Shown here: one piece after another, positions 1-10,121 of the stretch
Layout: each line of letters opens with the position of its first letter
Position numbering within the stretch: the first letter of the stretch is position 1
NCBI GenBank assembly: GCA_051647685.1
Contig: JBOFEG010000020.1
Span: 1-63,270, forward strand
DNA: 63,270 nt
From: Chlamydiales bacterium
GTDB taxonomy: Bacteria > Chlamydiota > Chlamydiia > Chlamydiales > CALTSX01
Direction of reading: 5' to 3'
Translations under genes and position numbers: made by a program
The notes under the pieces: generated by a model
Told to the model about the DNA's origin: nothing
Databases searched by the model: none
Seen by the model: only the letters and a program-made list of their open reading frames with translations

Positions 1-534
1 TCTGCAAATCTTTGGGAATATTTGCAAGGTTGGCAATTTAACGATGCTTTTATGCATCAACTTATGCCAATGTGCCAAACTCGCATTAAAACGCTAAGCG
101 ATTTTATGGAACTCTGTGGATTTTTCTTTATTCGGCATATTCCCTTAACTGAAGAATTACTGCTTCCGTTTTCTACATCTAGAGAAACAGCAGCCTGCAT
201 TTTACAAGCCATTATATGGCATATGGATCACAATGAGGATTGGAGTAGGTCCGGCGTAGAAAACGCCTCCAGAGCTGTTGCCGAGGTTTTCACTGTCAAT
301 CATAAAAAAGTGATTATGCGTCTTCTTTTTGTCGCAATTACGGGCAAAATTTCTGGTCCTCCCCTATTTCAATCCATAGAGATTTTGGGGAAATATCGAA
401 CAAGAGCGCGATTATTGGCAGCTATTGAATTTTTAGGAGGACTCTCTGGTAAACAATATCAGCTGCTTGAAAAACATTGGAAATCTGGTGACTGTACAAT
501 ATTTGTAAAACCCAATACCTCTTATGTCACATGA
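1..534 (+). CDS. gltX: glutamyl-tRNA synthetase, C-terminal fragment (5' end lies left of the window)
   Basis: Frame 1 is open from base 1; the listed ORF only starts at an internal TTG at 22. The tail RLLFVAITGKISGPPLFQSIEILGK..RARLLAAIEFLG resembles the conserved C-terminal end of GluRS. Confidence 0.6.
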   Translation, partial: SANLWEYLQGWQFNDAFMHQLMPMCQTRIKTLSDFMELCGFFFIRHIPLTEELLLPFSTSRETAACILQAIIWHMDHNEDWSRSGVENASRAVAEVFTVNHKKVIMRLLFVAITGKISGPPLFQSIEILGKYRTRARLLAAIEFLGGLSGKQYQLLEKHWKSGDCTIFVKPNTSYVT

Positions 535-1639
535 TCATATAAGGATGCACATCACCAACCGGTATCCGCTAACTCAAACTGGCTCCACAAAAGAGACTTT
601 TCATGTCACGCTGAGTCTCCCATCCTCCTCTCCACATAAAGTAGGAGATGCTATTGCTATTTTTCCCGAAAATTGTGTATCCGAAATAAGAGAATTATTT
701 TCCTATCTTACTATCACACCCTCAACTAGGGTTTCTGAAACAAAAACCAATAAAACCTATACCCTAGAAAAATTCCTGAAAGAAAGAGTTAATCTCAATA
801 AAATTAGGGTATCACTACTGCGCGCTATTGATGACAAAACGAGCGATGCATTCCTACGAAATTTATTACAAAGCGATAATAAAGACCTACTCAACTCTTG
901 TATACAAGAATGGGATTTAGTCACATGGCTGTCTAAAATTCCAATGCCTTTATCTGCCCAGGAATTCATTTCGCATCTGTTACCGTTACTTCCTAGATTT
1001 TATTCAATTGCTTCCTCTCCTCTTCGATACTCAAATCAAATTGATATTGTAGTCTCTCATTTCTCATACAAAAAAAATGAAAAGATAAAAACTGGCCTCG
1101 CCAGTCATTTTTTATGCTATGCGGCAGAGCCATATAACACTTCGATTCTTGGATATATACAACCGACTAAACACTTTACCCTCCCTAAAGACCCAACTAC
1201 AAATATTATCATGATTGGGCCTGGGACTGGAATTGCTCCCTACAAAGGATTTTTAGAGGAAAGAATACACGTGCAAGCTCCCGGCAAAAATTGGTTATTT
1301 TTTGGAGAGAGAAATAGAAATTACGATTTTTTCTACCGCGAATTTTTGGAGTCTTGTATTGCCCAAGGATATCTGACTTTACATACAGCTTTTTCTCGAG
1401 ATCAAACAGAAAAACTCTATGTTCAACATCATATAGAAAATGAAAGAAAGGAATTTATAAATTGGATAGACAGAGGCGCTTATATCTATTTGTGCGGTGA
1501 TGCAAAAAAAATGGCTCCCAGTGTAGAAGCTACTTTGCAATCTATTTTAGTAAAAGAAAAAAATTTAGATATCGAAGAGGCAAAGATTTATCTCAAATCC
1601 CTTAAGAAAGAAAAACGTTATTTATTAGATGTTTACTAA
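524..1639 (+). CDS. FNR-type FAD/NADPH oxidoreductase, like the C-terminal module of sulfite reductase flavoprotein CysJ; no flavodoxin domain
   Basis: Motifs RFYSIASSP (FAD), GPGTGIAPYKGFLEER (NADPH), YIYLCGDAKKMA and terminal RYLLDVY are typical of the CysJ/CPR ferredoxin-reductase module. The start overlaps the gltX end by 11 nt. Confidence 0.7.
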   Translation: MSHDHIRMHITNRYPLTQTGSTKETFHVTLSLPSSSPHKVGDAIAIFPENCVSEIRELFSYLTITPSTRVSETKTNKTYTLEKFLKERVNLNKIRVSLLRAIDDKTSDAFLRNLLQSDNKDLLNSCIQEWDLVTWLSKIPMPLSAQEFISHLLPLLPRFYSIASSPLRYSNQIDIVVSHFSYKKNEKIKTGLASHFLCYAAEPYNTSILGYIQPTKHFTLPKDPTTNIIMIGPGTGIAPYKGFLEERIHVQAPGKNWLFFGERNRNYDFFYREFLESCIAQGYLTLHTAFSRDQTEKLYVQHHIENERKEFINWIDRGAYIYLCGDAKKMAPSVEATLQSILVKEKNLDIEEAKIYLKSLKKEKRYLLDVY

Positions 1640-1687
1640 AGCTCTTTGATTGTGATAATACAAGGATTAGAAGCAATTCTAATCTTT

Positions 1688-2593
1688 ATGAACAAAAAAA
1701 TTTTAATATTTGGTGGCTCGGGATTTATTGGTTCGTATTTAACAAAAACTTTATTGGATAATAACTGTAAGGTTTTGATTATCTGCAGAAATATAGATAC
1801 AGCCTTGAACAGGGTAGGCAACCATAAAAATTTACAAGCTAAGAATATTGATATTTTTAATGAAGATGAAGTAAAAAAGTTAGTAAAAAAGTGCGATGTA
1901 ATCGTAAATTTAATTGGAAAGTTATTTGAAGCTCAAAAAGGTGATTTCAGAAAATTTCACACTATATTTCCAGATATATTATCTAAAAATGTCCCTAGTA
2001 GTAAGCAATTGATCCACATCTCAGCCTTAGGTATAGAAAAATCGGCAAAAACATCCGTTTATGCCTCAACAAAACTAGAAGGACAAAATGCAGTTATTAA
2101 CAACTCTAAAAACTATAATATCGTAAAGCCAAGTATCGTTTTTGGAGAGGAAGATAACTTCTTCAATCAATTTGCAAAAATGGCAAAAACATCTCCTTGC
2201 ATACCATTAATTGGGCGTGGAAAAACGAAATTTGCTCCAATTTATATTCAGGATTTAGTTAGCAGTATTATTTTCCTAATACGATATAATAAAAAATATC
2301 AAAATACAATTTTTGAAGCTTATGGACCAAAAACATTAAGTTTTAAACAACTCATTGAATTTGTTCTAAAAACTACAAATAAGAAAAGACTGCTAATTGT
2401 TATACCCTTTCCTCTTGCAAAGTTACTCGCTAAACTTATGAATGTATTCAGGGTCTATAGGCTGACGCCAGATCAAGTTGAATTACTCAAATATAATAAT
2501 ATTGGTAGCAAGAATTACAAAAATATTGATGAGCTTATTGGGAAATTAGGAAATTATAAAAAAATTGTTCCAAAGTATTTATTTACAATTTAA
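1688..2593 (+). CDS. NAD(P)-binding epimerase/dehydratase-family protein (NDUFA9 / complex-I 39-kDa-like)
   Basis: Rossmann motif ILIFGGSGFIGSYL sits directly after the ATG at 1688, which I prefer over the upstream alternative start at 1646. YASTK catalytic-type motif present. Confidence 0.6.
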   Translation: MNKKILIFGGSGFIGSYLTKTLLDNNCKVLIICRNIDTALNRVGNHKNLQAKNIDIFNEDEVKKLVKKCDVIVNLIGKLFEAQKGDFRKFHTIFPDILSKNVPSSKQLIHISALGIEKSAKTSVYASTKLEGQNAVINNSKNYNIVKPSIVFGEEDNFFNQFAKMAKTSPCIPLIGRGKTKFAPIYIQDLVSSIIFLIRYNKKYQNTIFEAYGPKTLSFKQLIEFVLKTTNKKRLLIVIPFPLAKLLAKLMNVFRVYRLTPDQVELLKYNNIGSKNYKNIDELIGKLGNYKKIVPKYLFTI

Positions 2594-2642
2594 TAAAGGA
2601 TGGAATTTTTATTAATGAATTACATAAAGACCATTGCAGGTT

Positions 2643-3119
2643 TCATTTTTCTTCCGTAGTAATAATACAAAGACATTGCATTCCCTCGCCTCTTCCAAAA
2701 GCTGTAAGTCCATCACCAGATGTAATCGTCAGCCCCACCTGCTCTATTCCAATGTGTAAAATGTCTGCAATATTTCTTCTAATTTCTTCAGATCGAGATT
2801 GCAACCTAGGTGTTTTGCCCTCAATCGATAAAGCTACATGAGAAATTATTTGGGACCCAAGTGTCCCTAAAGCTTTTTCTACGTAAATTTGACTATCAGT
2901 AATTCCAGTGCGACAAAGTGAAATAGCGACCTTGCCAAGTATGGGTACATGACTCAGAGAACTAATTGCATTACAGATTGCATGCAAAACAATATCGCCA
3001 TCAGAGTCTGCAGCAAATGGCAATGATTCTTTAATATCGAGACCGCCTATGCGACATAATTTGGAATCATTTTCCTCAAATGCATGACTATCTTGTCCAA
3101 TTCCAACGCGAATTTTCAT
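2643..3119 (-). CDS. ispF: 2-C-methyl-D-erythritol 2,4-cyclodiphosphate synthase
   Basis: 158 aa. N-terminal RVGIGQDSHAF and DSDGDIVLHAICNAI match the IspF metal/substrate motifs. Confidence 0.8.
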   Translation of the reverse strand: MKIRVGIGQDSHAFEENDSKLCRIGGLDIKESLPFAADSDGDIVLHAICNAISSLSHVPILGKVAISLCRTGITDSQIYVEKALGTLGSQIISHVALSIEGKTPRLQSRSEEIRRNIADILHIGIEQVGLTITSGDGLTAFGRGEGMQCLCIITTEEK

Positions 3120-3347
3120 AATTTGGCAAAGAATATAAAATATAAGGACTTTTCTACCATATAAATATAGAAATAGTCTATATGTGATTGTATAAATAAC
3201 TATTATAAATAACTTTTGTAAAAATGATGTAAAAAAATTAAAAACTTTCTATTTTGTTAAATATAGAGGATTACTATAAAATCTCAGGAACCCATTTAAT
3301 TTAGAAATACAGTTATTATTCTGCTTTAGTGTAAGGAAATTTGCTTT

Positions 3348-4727
3348 ATGGAAGCTCTGCAAATTCAAGGGGGTCTGCCTTTACAAGGATCAGTTAAGGC
3401 CTCTGGCGCTAAAAACGCTATTACAAAAATGTTAGTGGCCTCCCTCTTATCTGATAAACTATGTACTTTTTATAATGTCCCTACTATTTCTGAAGTTGAT
3501 ATTACCTTAGCTTTATGTCGTGAAATAGGCATGCATGCTACATGGGATCGAGATTTGAATACACTGACAACGATTACGAAAGAAATTGTTAGATCTCATA
3601 TTCCTCAAAAATTCTCAGGTGCAAATCGGATTCCGATTTTATTGATTGGCGCTCTTTTAGGTCGCTCTCGTAATGAGATTGTTGTTCCTATATCCGGTGG
3701 GTGTAAGATAGGGAAGAGACCTATCGATTTCCATATTGCTGCATTAGAAAAGCTAGGCGCCGATATTGTATACCGGGTCAAAAATGGTGAAGAAGCTTAC
3801 TATACAAATGCAACTTCAAAACTTATTGGAACTATTATTGAGCTACCTTATCCGTCAGTAGGAGCAACCGAAAATAGTATTTTAGCCGGCTGTAGTGCTG
3901 AAGGTCAGACTATTATTAAAAATGCTGCGATAGAACCTGAAATTTTAGATTTCATTCGATTTTTACAAAAAATGGGCGCCTCTATTAAAGTGGTTGACCG
4001 AACTATTTATATAGAAAAAATGAGAAAAACATTTCCGGTCACTCATAAAGTGCTCACCGATCGCATGGAGGTTGCTTGTTTTGGAATGGCAGCAATCGCT
4101 ACAAAAGGAAGAGTTTTTGTGAAAGGCGCTGATGCTACAACTTTGGGATCTTTCTTGCGTCAACTACAAAAAATTGGTGCTGGATTTCAAATAGAGCCTG
4201 ACGGAATTGAATTCTTTTTTCGTGACGCTTTGAAAGGTGGGATTCACGTGGAAACTGATGTATATCCAGGGTTTGCAACGGACTGGCAACAATCTTTTGC
4301 AGTATTACTTACTCAAGCAGCAGGCTACTCTGTGATTCATGAAACTGTTTATGAGAATCGTTTTGGTTATACACAGATATTGCAACAAATGGGAGCCGAT
4401 CTCGAATTATTTACAGAGTGTTTAGGCAATAAACCATGTAGGTTTACAACCGAGGCTCATTATCATAGTTTAATAGTAAAAGGTCCTACTCAATTACACG
4501 GAAGAGTAATTTCTATTCCCGATTTACGCGCAGGATTTGCCTATATTATGGCAGCTTTGCTGGCACTTGAAGAGAGTGTAATATTTAATCTACACTATTT
4601 AGACAGAGGATATGAAAATATAGATCAGAAATTATCAAGTCTAGGTGCAAATATTAAACGGATAGATTCTATGGAATCAAGTAGTATCGTAAATACTTCC
4701 CAATCACGTATTCATTCATTGTATTAA
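3348..4727 (+). CDS. murA: UDP-N-acetylglucosamine 1-carboxyvinyltransferase
   Basis: GSVKASGAKNA N-terminus and active-site loop SGGCKIGKRPIDFH (Cys codon at 3702-3704). Length 459 aa. Confidence 0.9.
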   Translation: MEALQIQGGLPLQGSVKASGAKNAITKMLVASLLSDKLCTFYNVPTISEVDITLALCREIGMHATWDRDLNTLTTITKEIVRSHIPQKFSGANRIPILLIGALLGRSRNEIVVPISGGCKIGKRPIDFHIAALEKLGADIVYRVKNGEEAYYTNATSKLIGTIIELPYPSVGATENSILAGCSAEGQTIIKNAAIEPEILDFIRFLQKMGASIKVVDRTIYIEKMRKTFPVTHKVLTDRMEVACFGMAAIATKGRVFVKGADATTLGSFLRQLQKIGAGFQIEPDGIEFFFRDALKGGIHVETDVYPGFATDWQQSFAVLLTQAAGYSVIHETVYENRFGYTQILQQMGADLELFTECLGNKPCRFTTEAHYHSLIVKGPTQLHGRVISIPDLRAGFAYIMAALLALEESVIFNLHYLDRGYENIDQKLSSLGANIKRIDSMESSSIVNTSQSRIHSLY

Positions 4728-4732
4728 TTTAT

Positions 4733-5692
4733 ATGCCCTGGAAACAAGTTCAGAAAAATAATTTTACCTCTATTGAACGTTTAGCAGAGTTCCTCGAGCT
4801 TTCCGAGATGAATCGGAGTATACTTATTAAAAGAAAGGATTTTCCATTAAATATTCCCCTCAGACTTGCAAAAAAAATGCAAAAGAACTCGTTGTTAGAT
4901 CCTTTATTTAAACAATATGTGTCAACCTCTAGTGAGTTGCTTGCTGACAAGGGGTATTCTGATGATCCAGTACAGGATAAGCAGTTTTGCAAGACTCCTA
5001 AATTACTACAAAAGTATCGCGGTAGAGCCCTGCTTATTTGTACACAAGCATGCGCAATGCACTGTCGATTTTGTTTCCGACAAAATTTTCCTTATGCCTC
5101 ACTACAATCAAAATTTGATCGAGAGATAGCCTATATAACCGAAGATCAAACTATTACAGAAGTTATTCTTAGCGGGGGTGACCCTCTTTCTTTATCTGAT
5201 CATTACTTAAGGGATTTATGTCATCGACTAGCGGCTATTCCTCATGTACAAATCATTCGATTTCATACCCGGTTTCTGATTGGAATTCCTGAGAGAATTA
5301 CGGATAGTTTATTATCGTCATTGCCTGAGAATATACAAATGTATTTTGTGATCCACATTAATCATCCTCTGGAGTTAGATGCGGATGTGATAGACGCATG
5401 CAGATCACTACAAGGTCATAGAATACAATTGCTTTCACAAACTGTTTTACTGAAAGGAATTAACGATAGCGTTGCCCCATTACAAGAATTATTTTTTAAA
5501 CTCGCAGGTACTGGGATTATTCCTTATTATTTCCATCAGTTGGATGCCATTTTAGGAGGAGGCCATTTTTTTGTGGAGAAAGAAAAGGGTATTCATTTGA
5601 TAAAAGAGTTACAAAAATGTCTTCCAGGTTATGCAGTTCCAAAATATGTAGAAGAAATCCCGGGTCAATTTAACAAAACGAGAATCTTTTAA
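4733..5692 (+). CDS. epmB: KamA-family radical SAM lysine 2,3-aminomutase (EF-P beta-lysylation type)
   Basis: CAMHCRFCFR radical-SAM CxxxCxxC cluster motif, SGGDPL, and KamA-like overall length (319 aa). Confidence 0.75.
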   Translation: MPWKQVQKNNFTSIERLAEFLELSEMNRSILIKRKDFPLNIPLRLAKKMQKNSLLDPLFKQYVSTSSELLADKGYSDDPVQDKQFCKTPKLLQKYRGRALLICTQACAMHCRFCFRQNFPYASLQSKFDREIAYITEDQTITEVILSGGDPLSLSDHYLRDLCHRLAAIPHVQIIRFHTRFLIGIPERITDSLLSSLPENIQMYFVIHINHPLELDADVIDACRSLQGHRIQLLSQTVLLKGINDSVAPLQELFFKLAGTGIIPYYFHQLDAILGGGHFFVEKEKGIHLIKELQKCLPGYAVPKYVEEIPGQFNKTRIF

Positions 5693-5771
5693 AGGTTGAT
5701 GAGGGTGCGAAGTGTATATCATTCACAATGATTTCAATTGTAAATCAGCAAACTAATTTTCTTGATACCAG

Positions 5772-7505
5772 TTACATTTTATCTAGGGTCTTTAATCCAA
5801 GGATTTCAAGGCCTTGTTTAAGCACTCGACTGGAGCACTCGCACAACAATAACCGGCTGGATTCACTATCACTTCCCTCCACCCTACAATCGCGGAAGAA
5901 TGCATGAAATTTTTCTGCTAAGTGATATAAGTATTCGGCTAGTCTATTAGGAAGAAGATCGCGACTCATAGACAAAAGCGTTTCATCAAATTGACGTAGA
6001 TGCAGTGCAAGCGCAATTTCGCTTGGGTGCTCTATGGATATAGGAACAGATAGTTCAATCGATTTATTGACTTTTCTTTTGATGCCCTGCATTCTGACGT
6101 AAGAATACAATAAATAAGGAGCTGTATTTCCTTCAAACTGGAGCATTCTTTCATAACTAAATATATAGTCTTTTTGTCGATGTCCTGATAAATCCGCATA
6201 TTTTATGGCATCTATTCCAAGTATGATAGCAGAATCATTAATCTCTTTTTCTGAAAAATCGGGACGTCGCTCTCTAAGAGTAGTTTTTGCAAATGCGATT
6301 GCTTTATGAATTAAATCGATTAATTTCTCAGTAGTACCTTCTCGCGTTTTTAATCGTTTTTTTTCTGGAGATAGAACGACTCCAAAAGTGACATGATTAA
6401 ACTCTGTTTTTTTTGGATCCAAATATCCAGCGGCAATTGACGCCCGAACGAGCATTTGAAAATGAAGAAGTTGCCCACCATCAGTGACTACAATAATGCG
6501 ATCTGCTTTTTCCTCCTGCGTACGCTGCCGCATAGCAGCGAGATCTGTTGTAACGTAGTTGTGTCCGCCATCAGATTTTTGAACCATGATTGGTAATGGC
6601 TCTCCTTCTTTATTGGTAAATTCTGGGAAAAAGATGCATCTGGCTCCCTGTGACTCAATAATAAGATTTTTCTTGTCTAAATCTTGTATAATGTTGGGCA
6701 ATTGGTCGCTATAAAATGACTCACCTCGTTCTGTTATTTTTATATCTAAAAGATCATAAATTTCTTTGTAGGCTTTACGAGAGACTTCACAGATAGATTT
6801 CCATACTTCTATTGAAGGTGGATATTTTTGTTGTAATGATACTACCGCCAGCTGAGAAGCTTCTTTAAAACTACGATCATTGTCAAATCTTTGCTTAGCC
6901 GCTTGATAGATCTTTAGTAATTCTTTAATCGTTAAATGATTGTAATCTATATTTTCATATTTAATATATGCGAGTAGCATTCCAAATTGCGTTCCCCAAT
7001 CCCCTACGTGGTTGAGTCGCATAACTCTATGCCCTAAGAATTCAAAAAGTCTAGCTAAACTATCTCCAATGATTGTGGAGCGCAAGTGTCCTACGTGAAG
7101 CTCTTTAGCCACATTTGGAGAAGAAAAATCTATAATGATTTTAGATGGGTGCTCTGGCATTTCTATCCCAAGTTTTGCGTCACGTAGCATCTTAGATAGC
7201 TCCGAGGCGAGAAATTTCGACAAAATAGTGAAGTTGATAAATCCCGACTTACAAGTTATTGACTTAAGGAGAGTTTTTGACTCTTTTGGAAAGGCTTGTG
7301 CAATGGCCTCTGCAATTTCATTTGGAGATCTTTTAAGAATCCTAGCCATTTTTAAGGCACTATTACATTGGTAATTTCCAAGTGCCTGATTCATGCTTTG
7401 CGTAATTTCTGCTGGAATATAAGCATTTAATTCTGATGTAAAAAATTTACAGTTTTGAATTGCACTAGTGCAGTAAGTTTGGAGAATGTGCGTAATTGTT
7501 TTCAT
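5772..7505 (-). CDS. argS: arginyl-tRNA synthetase
   Basis: Class I HIGH region PNVAKELHVGHLRSTIIGD. 577 aa. C-terminal anticodon-binding region typical of ArgRS. Confidence 0.9.
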   Translation of the reverse strand: MKTITHILQTYCTSAIQNCKFFTSELNAYIPAEITQSMNQALGNYQCNSALKMARILKRSPNEIAEAIAQAFPKESKTLLKSITCKSGFINFTILSKFLASELSKMLRDAKLGIEMPEHPSKIIIDFSSPNVAKELHVGHLRSTIIGDSLARLFEFLGHRVMRLNHVGDWGTQFGMLLAYIKYENIDYNHLTIKELLKIYQAAKQRFDNDRSFKEASQLAVVSLQQKYPPSIEVWKSICEVSRKAYKEIYDLLDIKITERGESFYSDQLPNIIQDLDKKNLIIESQGARCIFFPEFTNKEGEPLPIMVQKSDGGHNYVTTDLAAMRQRTQEEKADRIIVVTDGGQLLHFQMLVRASIAAGYLDPKKTEFNHVTFGVVLSPEKKRLKTREGTTEKLIDLIHKAIAFAKTTLRERRPDFSEKEINDSAIILGIDAIKYADLSGHRQKDYIFSYERMLQFEGNTAPYLLYSYVRMQGIKRKVNKSIELSVPISIEHPSEIALALHLRQFDETLLSMSRDLLPNRLAEYLYHLAEKFHAFFRDCRVEGSDSESSRLLLCECSSRVLKQGLEILGLKTLDKM

Positions 7506-8608
7506 ACATGGGAACTTTCGAGAATAGAGTGATGAAAATGAGGCGCTATTTGTCGTTTGCCAATGTTATGAGAAATGCGATACTTAGCGAGTTTAAGCGC
7601 TGTTTGATTGGTGCAGCAGCCAGATTGACTAGATACTCTAAAAATAGATAGTAAATTGTCATAAATTGTACTGATGAATTTTTGTGACTGCACGGGATTA
7701 TAACCTTCTGCTCTCAGCTCCATCGCAACATTGATAAGTCCACCTGCATTAATAACGAAATCTGGGGCATATAAAATTCCTCTTTTGTATAAAGCAATGC
7801 CATCTTCTTCTGTCTGGAGTATATTGTTGGCACATCCACCTATGGCTCTGCAATTCAAAACGGGAATAGTTTCTTTATTCAGTACATTTCCAATGGCACA
7901 TGGGGCTAAAATATCGCAATTTTCCGTAAAAGATTCTGCTACGCTGATTTGTCTCGCTCCTAATTCTTTAGCAACTGCAGCTGCCCGCTCTTCGTTGACA
8001 TCGGCTAAAACTAATTCGGCTCCTGCCCAAAACAATCGCGATGCTAAGTCTTTTCCCACACTTCCAAGTCCTTGAATGACTATCTTTTTACCTCGCACTG
8101 ATCTACTTCCAAATAAATGCATGCAAATTGCTTCCATTCCAATAAGGACACCGTGTGCAGTAAAAGGGCTTGGATTTCCACTACTTTTGATGTGACTGAG
8201 TCCAGTTATATATTTTGTTTTTTGATGAATGATAGCGAGCTCTTTAATAGTACAATTCATATCCTCAGAGCAAATATATTTCCCTTCTAGGGCATTGACA
8301 GCTTCTCCAAAATCCCATAGAAGTTCTTTTTCTAATGGTTTCTTGGAATCCTGTATAATTACACTTTTCCCACCTCCAAGGCCTATGCCTGCAAAAGCTG
8401 CTTTATAAGTCATCCCTTGCGATAAACGGAGAACATCGGATAAGGCATCTGAAAAGGATTGATAGTATAAAATTCGAATACCCCCTAGTGCGGGACCCAG
8501 GGTGGTATCGTGAATAGCTATAATGGCTTCTAGTCCACTTACTGGGCTGGTTACGTGTATAACTCTTTCATAATTAGGAATTTGTAACTCTTGCAGCGTA
8601 AGATCCAT
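7502..8608 (-). CDS. leucine dehydrogenase (Glu/Leu/Phe/Val dehydrogenase family)
   Basis: HDTTLGPALGGIRI...GMTYKAAFAGIGLGGGKSVI closely follows LeuDH catalytic motifs. Rossmann motif GLGSVG. The stop overlaps the argS start (ATGA). Confidence 0.8.
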   Translation of the reverse strand: MDLTLQELQIPNYERVIHVTSPVSGLEAIIAIHDTTLGPALGGIRILYYQSFSDALSDVLRLSQGMTYKAAFAGIGLGGGKSVIIQDSKKPLEKELLWDFGEAVNALEGKYICSEDMNCTIKELAIIHQKTKYITGLSHIKSSGNPSPFTAHGVLIGMEAICMHLFGSRSVRGKKIVIQGLGSVGKDLASRLFWAGAELVLADVNEERAAAVAKELGARQISVAESFTENCDILAPCAIGNVLNKETIPVLNCRAIGGCANNILQTEEDGIALYKRGILYAPDFVINAGGLINVAMELRAEGYNPVQSQKFISTIYDNLLSIFRVSSQSGCCTNQTALKLAKYRISHNIGKRQIAPHFHHSILESSHV

Positions 8609-8777
8609 AGACTCTCCAAAGAATTAATTAAAAATAACAAAATTATTTTATCCGATTCAACTCGAAAATTGCAAAATAAATAGAAGCTTAACCCATTAAA
8701 TTATATAATGATTTGGGTTGAATTAATGCGCTTTCTTGCGTTACTCTTAATTAAAAATTAAAAAATTTGAGGAAAGA

Positions 8778-9494
8778 ATGATGACTCTCGTCATTAACGA
8801 ACGACTAAAAAATGCTCTATTAGAGTTTCTTCAACAGAATAAAAAATCTGATCTGTTGACTACATATCTATTTTTTTTAGAAAAATCTGAGCATATTCAT
8901 CCCTGTCTTTTTATTAAAGAAAAAACCATCTATAAAACACAGGAAGAAATTATTGAAAAACTCGAACAAGAAGGAAAGCTCTGGAGAGAGACAGAGATTA
9001 CCATCCAATTCGGGCAGCCAAGTGTAAATGAACAAACAAAACGAATTTATATTTGTCCATTTTCGGGAAAAGCCTTTGGCGATAATACACATCCGAATCC
9101 GCAAGATGCAATTTATGATTGGGTTTCGAAATGTCCAGAGAATACAGAGCGCGTATCAGGTATTCGCGTAAAGAGATTTTTTGTGTCAGAAGATCCAGAT
9201 GTTATAAAAAATTATATTCGCCAAGAACACAAACCTATAAAAAAAATAGTATATTCTTCTGCGATATCTGGGAAATTATTTAATAGTCGAAAAGCGGTTA
9301 TTGAAGATTTTAAAAAAAACGGGTTGAAGCCATTAACATTAATTGAAGTTCCTAATCAGAACAGGTTTCATATTGAAGAAAAATTCCTGCTATTTATTCA
9401 AAAATCTCTAGAGGAAACACAAATTTCTGAATTCGTCGAAGCTTTACAGCATTACGAGGAATTTGATTCTTATACAAAGCAGTGGCTGGAGTAA
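8778..9494 (+). CDS. hypothetical protein (no recognisable domain)
   Basis: Clean 238-aa ORF in an otherwise unassigned interval, with an AGGAAAG purine tract before the ATG. Contains C..C-poor motif ICPFSGKAFGDNTHPNPQDAIYDWVSKCPE. Function unknown. Confidence 0.4.
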   Translation: MMTLVINERLKNALLEFLQQNKKSDLLTTYLFFLEKSEHIHPCLFIKEKTIYKTQEEIIEKLEQEGKLWRETEITIQFGQPSVNEQTKRIYICPFSGKAFGDNTHPNPQDAIYDWVSKCPENTERVSGIRVKRFFVSEDPDVIKNYIRQEHKPIKKIVYSSAISGKLFNSRKAVIEDFKKNGLKPLTLIEVPNQNRFHIEEKFLLFIQKSLEETQISEFVEALQHYEEFDSYTKQWLE

Positions 9495-9515
9495 TATGAG
9501 ATTCTGGAGTTTTAT

Positions 9516-10121
9516 TTGATATCTTCTCAAGAAATTAAATTCCTCTATTCCTCTCTATCCCCTGATGAAATTCCTCCGATTTTATATTCAGAGGATGGAC
9601 AGCCTTTGTGTGAAATCGCATTGGTTGGTAGATCGAATGTGGGGAAATCATCTCTTATCAATCATATTCTACAACAAAAAGTTGCCTATATTTCCAATAA
9701 ACCTGGCAAAACTCAAACTATTAATTTTATCTCTGCTCCTCCGTTTTGCTTTGTCGATCTTCCTGGATATGGATTTTCGAAAGTATCAAAAACATTGAAA
9801 TGTCAATGGAACATTGTACTTAGATCTTATTTCTTGAGGAATAGTTTACGAGCTATACTTTTACTGATAGACAGTAGGCGAGATTTTACGGAAACTGACC
9901 ATACTTTTATCGACTTTGTTCGACAATTAAATTTACCGCTGATGATTATTTTTACAAAATGGGATAAGTTAACTGATTCTGAGCAAAAAAGAAAACAAAG
10001 CCAAATCAGAGATCACTATCAACAATTCGCATCCTATCCAATTATTACGTATTCTATTAAAAATGCGCAGGTTAGAAAATATCTCCTCTCATCACTCGCG
10101 CATTTTAAAAGGACTTCCTAA
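9516..10121 (+). CDS. engB: ribosome-biogenesis GTPase EngB/YsxC/YihA
   Basis: G1 GRSNVGKSSLIN, G3 DLPGYG, G4 TKWDK. TTG start at 9516. Confidence 0.8.
   Translation: MISSQEIKFLYSSLSPDEIPPILYSEDGQPLCEIALVGRSNVGKSSLINHILQQKVAYISNKPGKTQTINFISAPPFCFVDLPGYGFSKVSKTLKCQWNIVLRSYFLRNSLRAILLLIDSRRDFTETDHTFIDFVRQLNLPLMIIFTKWDKLTDSEQKRKQSQIRDHYQQFASYPIITYSIKNAQVRKYLLSSLAHFKRTS

Noticed and set aside
7731-8075. 114-aa plus-strand ORF. The same applies to other nested ORFs: 757-969, 3963-4163, 4750-4992, 7135-7374, 10381-10680, 12556-12822, 13717-13977, 28822-29094, 30309-30584, 33345-33608, 49743-50032, 53806-54063, 58166-58459, 61660-61860.
   Set aside because: All are embedded in, or antisense to, genes with clear family motifs. 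None has recognisable motifs or ribosome-binding sites. I treat them as non-coding.
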